Source: a virus
Lineage: Duplodnaviria; Caudoviricetes
DNA length: 58,382 nt
IMG/VR virus record: IMGVR_UViG_3300036792_000539
Span: 1-58,382 of that record
Direction: 5' to 3' (one strand)
Both the position numbers and the translations under genes were made by a program. Below the pieces are notes generated by a model. It saw only the letters and a program-made list of their open reading frames with translations, had not been told where the DNA came from and made no database searches. Of this stretch, positions 54,405 to 58,382 are shown in pieces; the stretch's first letter is position 1; each line of letters begins with the position of its first letter.

Positions 54405-54631
54405 AGAAGCGGTGATTTAGAAATTCCTGTCCGTTGTTCCATTTCGATCAAGCGTTCCAGGCGATCACGCGGTCCAACGGATGTTTCATTGATATTCCTG
54501 GCCAGCTTCAGGGCGTCCTCAACGAACCAGGTGATCTCCTCCCGGACGCGGCGCCGGGTCAATTCCTCCGGTACTGTTGTTTGCCGCGCATGAGTAATGC
54601 AGCGCTCAACGACATTGTCTATCCGGCTCAT
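54401..54631 (-). CDS. Hypothetical protein
   Basis: 76-aa ORF with overlapping start/stop codons on both sides. Confidence 0.6.
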   Translation of the reverse strand: MSRIDNVVERCITHARQTTVPEELTRRRVREEITWFVEDALKLARNINETSVGPRDRLERLIEMEQRTGISKSPLL

Positions 54632-56154
54632 GCCTCCTCCTTGTTTTTTTCTTTCCGGTTCACAGCCTTGACATCCAGTTCATAGCGCAGATATTCGCTC
54701 TGGATCCGTTCGCCGGATTTCTTGTCCGTATCTTTGGCCGCCGTCTCGCAGAACGTCTTCATCGACTCCAGCTTTACGGATGCCATTTTATCAACCGCCA
54801 TCTTGCAGCCCTTGTGCTGGTACCAAAATTGGAAGATCTGAACCCATCCTGCCGGATGCAGTACGGTGATCTCATATCCTTTCCGGGATTCGGGCCCATC
54901 GTCTACCAGGCTGGCCGCAGCCTGATCGAAGAGCGTGCCGGCGATCAGCGAAGAGGTTGTCAGCTCCGCGGTCTGTCGGTTCTTTTCCTCGGCCGCTTCG
55001 CGCTCCCGCTGGAGTTTCTCCTTTTCCTGGCGTTCGCGTTCCAGTTTTTCATTTTCCAGCCGGTCATTCTCGGCTTGCAAGGCGGCGAGACGTTCGTTTT
55101 CCCGCTGCTGGTCTTCCTCGCGCTTCTTCCGATTGATTTCAGCCTCCTGGCGCGCTTTGGCTGCCTCGGCCTCGAGTCGCTTCCTTTCCTGCGCATTGGC
55201 CCGGGCAATGTTCGCCTGACGCTGTTCTTCGGCTTTCCTGGCCGCCTCTTCTTCCTGTTGGCGTTTCAGTTGCGCCTGGTAGCGCGCCTTTTCGGCTTCG
55301 CGCGCCAGTCGGGCGAGCTCCGCCGCTTCCTCGAATTGCTGCCGCAGCGCCGGCAGCCGCTCGATGAGCGACTGTTTGAGCTCCTCCATCTCCTGGTCGT
55401 GCCGGGCGATCCAGCTATCAAAATCATAGTCTTCATGTGCTTTAATGCGGGCCGTGTTAATCTGCTCTTCGGCTAATTTGGGAAAGACAGGTAGTTCGTA
55501 GCGCAGCACCTCGCCCAATTTGGTGCGCACGAAAGCGGTCGACGCCTGTTTCAGGTTCTCTGCACTTTGGTCAAATCCCTCCGCAGCGATCGCATTGAAG
55601 GAATCCATCCATTTCTGCCGTTTATTGAAAAGATAGCCCGTCAGCAGGTCGCCGATCTTTTGGGTGACCCAGCCGATCAGCCGGGCCTTCTCCTTTTCGA
55701 TCTCCGCTTTTCGTTCCGCTTCGATCCGCTGGCGCTCCGCCTCCTGGATGCAAAATTTCGCCCAATCGTTGCGAAGGCCCTGGATCTGGGTGATATCGTT
55801 CGGAGCCTTGGAGGCGATATCCAGTTCTGCCTCCAGGCCGGTGAATTGCCGGGAAAGCGCGGTGGCCAGCTGAGTGAAAGGTTCGCGCCGTTCTTTCATC
55901 GTCTTCAGGGTCGTGGAAACTTTGATCAAAAAACCTTTTGCTTGCTCATCGAGCTCGGCCGTCATCTTACCCCCGGCCGCGGCGACCTTCTGCAGGATCC
56001 GCTGCGCGCCGGCCTTCGCACCCATGTTGGACTTTTTATTGGCCTTAAGGATATTGGGGGCATCCTGGAAGATGTTCAGGCTTTCGCGGAACATCACCAC
56101 ATCCTTATCCTCCTGTTCCGGCGAGACGGGTGCCGGCAATTGATTCGTATCCAT
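54628..56154 (-). CDS. Long coiled-coil phage protein in the recombination module
   Basis: 508 aa, Glu/Arg/Lys/Ala-rich, between the recT-like and exonuclease genes. Confidence 0.75.
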   Translation of the reverse strand: MDTNQLPAPVSPEQEDKDVVMFRESLNIFQDAPNILKANKKSNMGAKAGAQRILQKVAAAGGKMTAELDEQAKGFLIKVSTTLKTMKERREPFTQLATALSRQFTGLEAELDIASKAPNDITQIQGLRNDWAKFCIQEAERQRIEAERKAEIEKEKARLIGWVTQKIGDLLTGYLFNKRQKWMDSFNAIAAEGFDQSAENLKQASTAFVRTKLGEVLRYELPVFPKLAEEQINTARIKAHEDYDFDSWIARHDQEMEELKQSLIERLPALRQQFEEAAELARLAREAEKARYQAQLKRQQEEEAARKAEEQRQANIARANAQERKRLEAEAAKARQEAEINRKKREEDQQRENERLAALQAENDRLENEKLERERQEKEKLQREREAAEEKNRQTAELTTSSLIAGTLFDQAAASLVDDGPESRKGYEITVLHPAGWVQIFQFWYQHKGCKMAVDKMASVKLESMKTFCETAAKDTDKKSGERIQSEYLRYELDVKAVNRKEKNKEEA

Positions 56155-56177
56155 TTTATTCGCAGATTATTAAATGA

Positions 56178-57101
56178 TTAATAGGGTTGATCCGGATCGT
56201 CATCGAAGCTGACCGTGCGACCATTCAGCTTCGATTCGTGAGCGGAGTGAGAAGGAACCACAGCAGCCGGTTGTTGCGCGGTAGGCGAAGCGTTCTCCGG
56301 ACTGAATGGTTTGGTAGAGTTTGCAATTACCTCCGGACGCACCGGCGCGCCAGAAGGCGACTCGTCGTCGACATCCATCTCGACGTCCGTGAACTGCTCC
56401 ACGTTGGCCGGCGTGGTACCAATAGCCCAATGCTTCGCCTTACAGGCGTGAAGGGTGATCTTGGTCTTGAGGAATTCCGGTTGAGGTTGCTGTGAGCCGT
56501 TGTGGTTCCAATTGGGGCCGTCCTTCATCTCCGATTTCTGCCGCCAGGATTCCCAATCGCTCTTGCGGAAGGTGGCGAATAGATCCCTGCCATTCTCATC
56601 CAGCTCAAAGCGGATGTAGCCTGCGATGATGATATCGGTCTGGAAGTTCTCCTGGTGGCGCAGGACCCGACCTTTCTCCACCTGGTAGATATCGCCCTGA
56701 TAAACCAGGACGGGCTTGTCGGCACTGAGGATCTGGCCGGAGCGCTTCAGCTTGCGGATATAGGCGCCGGCTTGCCGCTGCAGAACGGCCTTGCCGCCGC
56801 GGGGAACAATATAGACCTCGTCATCGGCGGGATCGAGGCTGTATCCATTGACGGCCGCGGTCGCGAACACGGCATAAAGGCTGAAGGGATCGCAGTTGCG
56901 CAGCTTCTCGCTGGCGGAAAGTATCTGCTTGAAATGGATGACATTTCTATGGTACATCATATCGCCCACCTTTTCGCGGTGGCAGGCGTTGTAGTTACGG
57001 ATGTATCGGTCACGCACGAAGTCGAGCTCACCGATCGCCGCAGGAGGCGTATTGGCAAGGACCTGCGTGATGCTGTTTTGCGAATTTGTTACGTTTGACA
57101 T
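56178..57101 (-). CDS. RecT-like single-strand annealing protein
   Basis: CDPFSLYAVF..AAVNGYSLDP...VYIVPRG...LVYQGDIY...IIAGY...FLKTKITLHACK. Confidence 0.8.
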   Translation of the reverse strand: MSNVTNSQNSITQVLANTPPAAIGELDFVRDRYIRNYNACHREKVGDMMYHRNVIHFKQILSASEKLRNCDPFSLYAVFATAAVNGYSLDPADDEVYIVPRGGKAVLQRQAGAYIRKLKRSGQILSADKPVLVYQGDIYQVEKGRVLRHQENFQTDIIIAGYIRFELDENGRDLFATFRKSDWESWRQKSEMKDGPNWNHNGSQQPQPEFLKTKITLHACKAKHWAIGTTPANVEQFTDVEMDVDDESPSGAPVRPEVIANSTKPFSPENASPTAQQPAAVVPSHSAHESKLNGRTVSFDDDPDQPY

Positions 57102-57125
57102 ATATAAGACTTGTTTTCGCTGTTA

Positions 57126-57157
57126 GAAAAATGGGGCCGGGCTCAACTCCGGCCCCT
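57126..57157 (-). terminator. Hairpin terminator or attenuator upstream of the recT-like gene
   Basis: GGGGCCGG-N8-CCGGCCCC followed on the minus strand by ATTTTT. Confidence 0.55.
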
Positions 57158-57706
57158 ACTTCACTTAAAACTGGATCCAAAACCGTTACTCCTGGTCCTT
57201 CTTTTCTTCGTCTTCCTCATCGTCCGGGCCGGCGTAAAGCCTCAGCTCATCGGGAATGTTTGTCTTCATATTTAAAACCGGGTAACCGTCCCGGCGGGTT
57301 TACAAAATGCCGGTCTTTCCCGGCCGCCATCGAGTTACCCATTTCCTTTCCTTCTCGAAACTAGAACGACACGCCGTGGGCTCGGGGGCATAGTCAGTGA
57401 TACGCATGTCTATGGCCAACCTTCAGGGCATTTCTGCCGTGTGCGTATAAAGCAAGTAATATTTGCCTGTGCCGGATCACCTCTCCCTTTCAGGTTGTAG
57501 GCGTGCTTGGAACGCCTCGTTACTTGTGTCCGTCCCTGCACTATTTCTTTCAGGCCCATCTAACCACCGATACCGGTGTCGGTGGGGTCCTATAGACGGC
57601 CATTCAGAAATAGACAGCAGGCTCTTAAATATTTTGATCCAAAGAACTTTTTTATAAACCCAGGCTTGGGAACAGGCCCGGCATAACGATTACGTGCCTA
57701 TGAAAG

Positions 57707-57772
57707 TGGAGGAGCAGGGATTCGAACCCTTGTCTGGCGCGCGCCGTCCCTCCGCCTTTCGGATACTCCCCC
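57707..57772 (-). ncRNA. tRNA-like element lacking a canonical anticodon arm
   Basis: Acceptor GGGGGAG/CTCCTCC plus A, D-like stem TCCG/CGGA, T-arm AGGG-TTCGAAT-CCCT; only 19 nt between D and T arms. Confidence 0.55.
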
Positions 57773-57890
57773 ATTAGCGGCGGCATCCAATATCATAGTT
57801 TAGCCGCCGCCGGTTAATGTATAAGACCAACAAAGAACTAATCCCGGATTCCGCCGGGCCGTCCGAGGCCGTGTCGTCGCCTCAAGCTTT

Positions 57891-58079
57891 TTATACCGAG
57901 TATCTACCTGACCGGACCAGAATTTCCTGCACCTTCAACCGGGTGCGCCTGTTCAGCTGCTCCCAGTGCGGAAGAAGCGCTTCGGCCGCATCAAAGGCAC
58001 CGGGCACACATATCACCCAATCATACTTCCGCGGGTTATTGACGATATCGATCAATGTTTTCATTGGGGCGTTATACAT
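57891..58079 (-). CDS. Small hypothetical protein
   Basis: 62-aa ORF starting immediately after the stop of target 2. Confidence 0.45.
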   Translation of the reverse strand: MYNAPMKTLIDIVNNPRKYDWVICVPGAFDAAEALLPHWEQLNRRTRLKVQEILVRSGRYSV

Positions 58080-58382
58080 TCAATTTTCAATTTCCTCAGT
58101 CGATGCCGCTTTTTTTATAGCGGGCAGCTGGCCACCGCAGAAGTCAGCCCAAAGGGCAATGCACTCGATGGCGAAAAAGTCCTGATCATCCACAGAGAAA
58201 GTGCAAAGCCGGGAGCCGCCGGACGAGTACGTGAGGCCGTAGCGCGAATCGCCGAACCGGAAACCGGGGTCATTCATCAAAAACCAGCTTCCATATTTCT
58301 CTTCGCTGCGGTCATTCCAGTCGGCGACCCGCCGGCTGACCAGTGCCTTTCGGATTACTTCCAGCTGGAAGGAGACAACTGG
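58080..58382 (-). CDS. DGR target protein 2 (5' end beyond the window), paralog of target 1
   Basis: Frame is open to the window edge: ...FQLEVIRKALVSRRVADWNDRSEEKYGSWFLMNDPGFRFGDSRYGLTYSSGGSRLC..., aligning with QLKVVIEAFL...DWSPNNNQQKWAPYF of target 1. Confidence 0.88.
   Translation of the reverse strand, partial: PVVSFQLEVIRKALVSRRVADWNDRSEEKYGSWFLMNDPGFRFGDSRYGLTYSSGGSRLCTFSVDDQDFFAIECIALWADFCGGQLPAIKKAASTEEIEN
58208..58267 (-). repeat. DGR variable repeat VR2 (remote)
   Basis: Ungapped 60-bp alignment to TR 53130-53189 with 12 mismatches, all at TR adenines. Confidence 0.95.

Larger units (their letters stand above)
1183..58382. mobile_element. Temperate tailed prophage integrated at tRNA-Lys; right end lies beyond the window
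   Basis: Integrase next to a tRNA, then lysis, tail, head, terminase, replication and recombination modules, nearly all on the minus strand. Confidence 0.93.

Noticed and set aside
57707-57772. Functional tRNA, or attR copy of tRNA-Lys
   Set aside because: There is no 7-nt anticodon loop, and the sequence differs from the tRNA-Lys 3' end and is on the opposite strand.

Overview
A host sterol-desaturase-family gene is followed by tRNA-Lys(TTT) at 1110-1182. A large temperate prophage appears to be integrated there and runs off the right edge of the window; attR is not visible. TTTG-N19-TAnnTTTG promoters and Gln at +1 of signal peptides point to a Bacteroidota host. Read right to left on the minus strand, the early region holds RecT-like and exonuclease genes, a diversity-generating retroelement (DGR), a beta sliding clamp, a five-gene PRTRC ubiquitin-like cassette, a replication initiator with internal repeats, a RuvC-like nuclease and a HerA-like ATPase. 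Next come the terminases, a tape-measure-like gene, and head genes interleaved with two glycosyltransferases and a methyltransferase. Tail genes, three signal-peptide-bearing fibre-like proteins, lysis genes, a Dam-type methylase and the integrase follow. The best-supported finding is the DGR: one ~66-bp template repeat matches two variable repeats, with every mismatch at a template adenine. The targets are two small paralogous non-structural proteins, one adjacent and one 5 kb away. There is no avd gene, and the DGR sits directly upstream of the clamp and ubiquitin-like operon. All product calls come from motif recognition by eye; no database searches were run.
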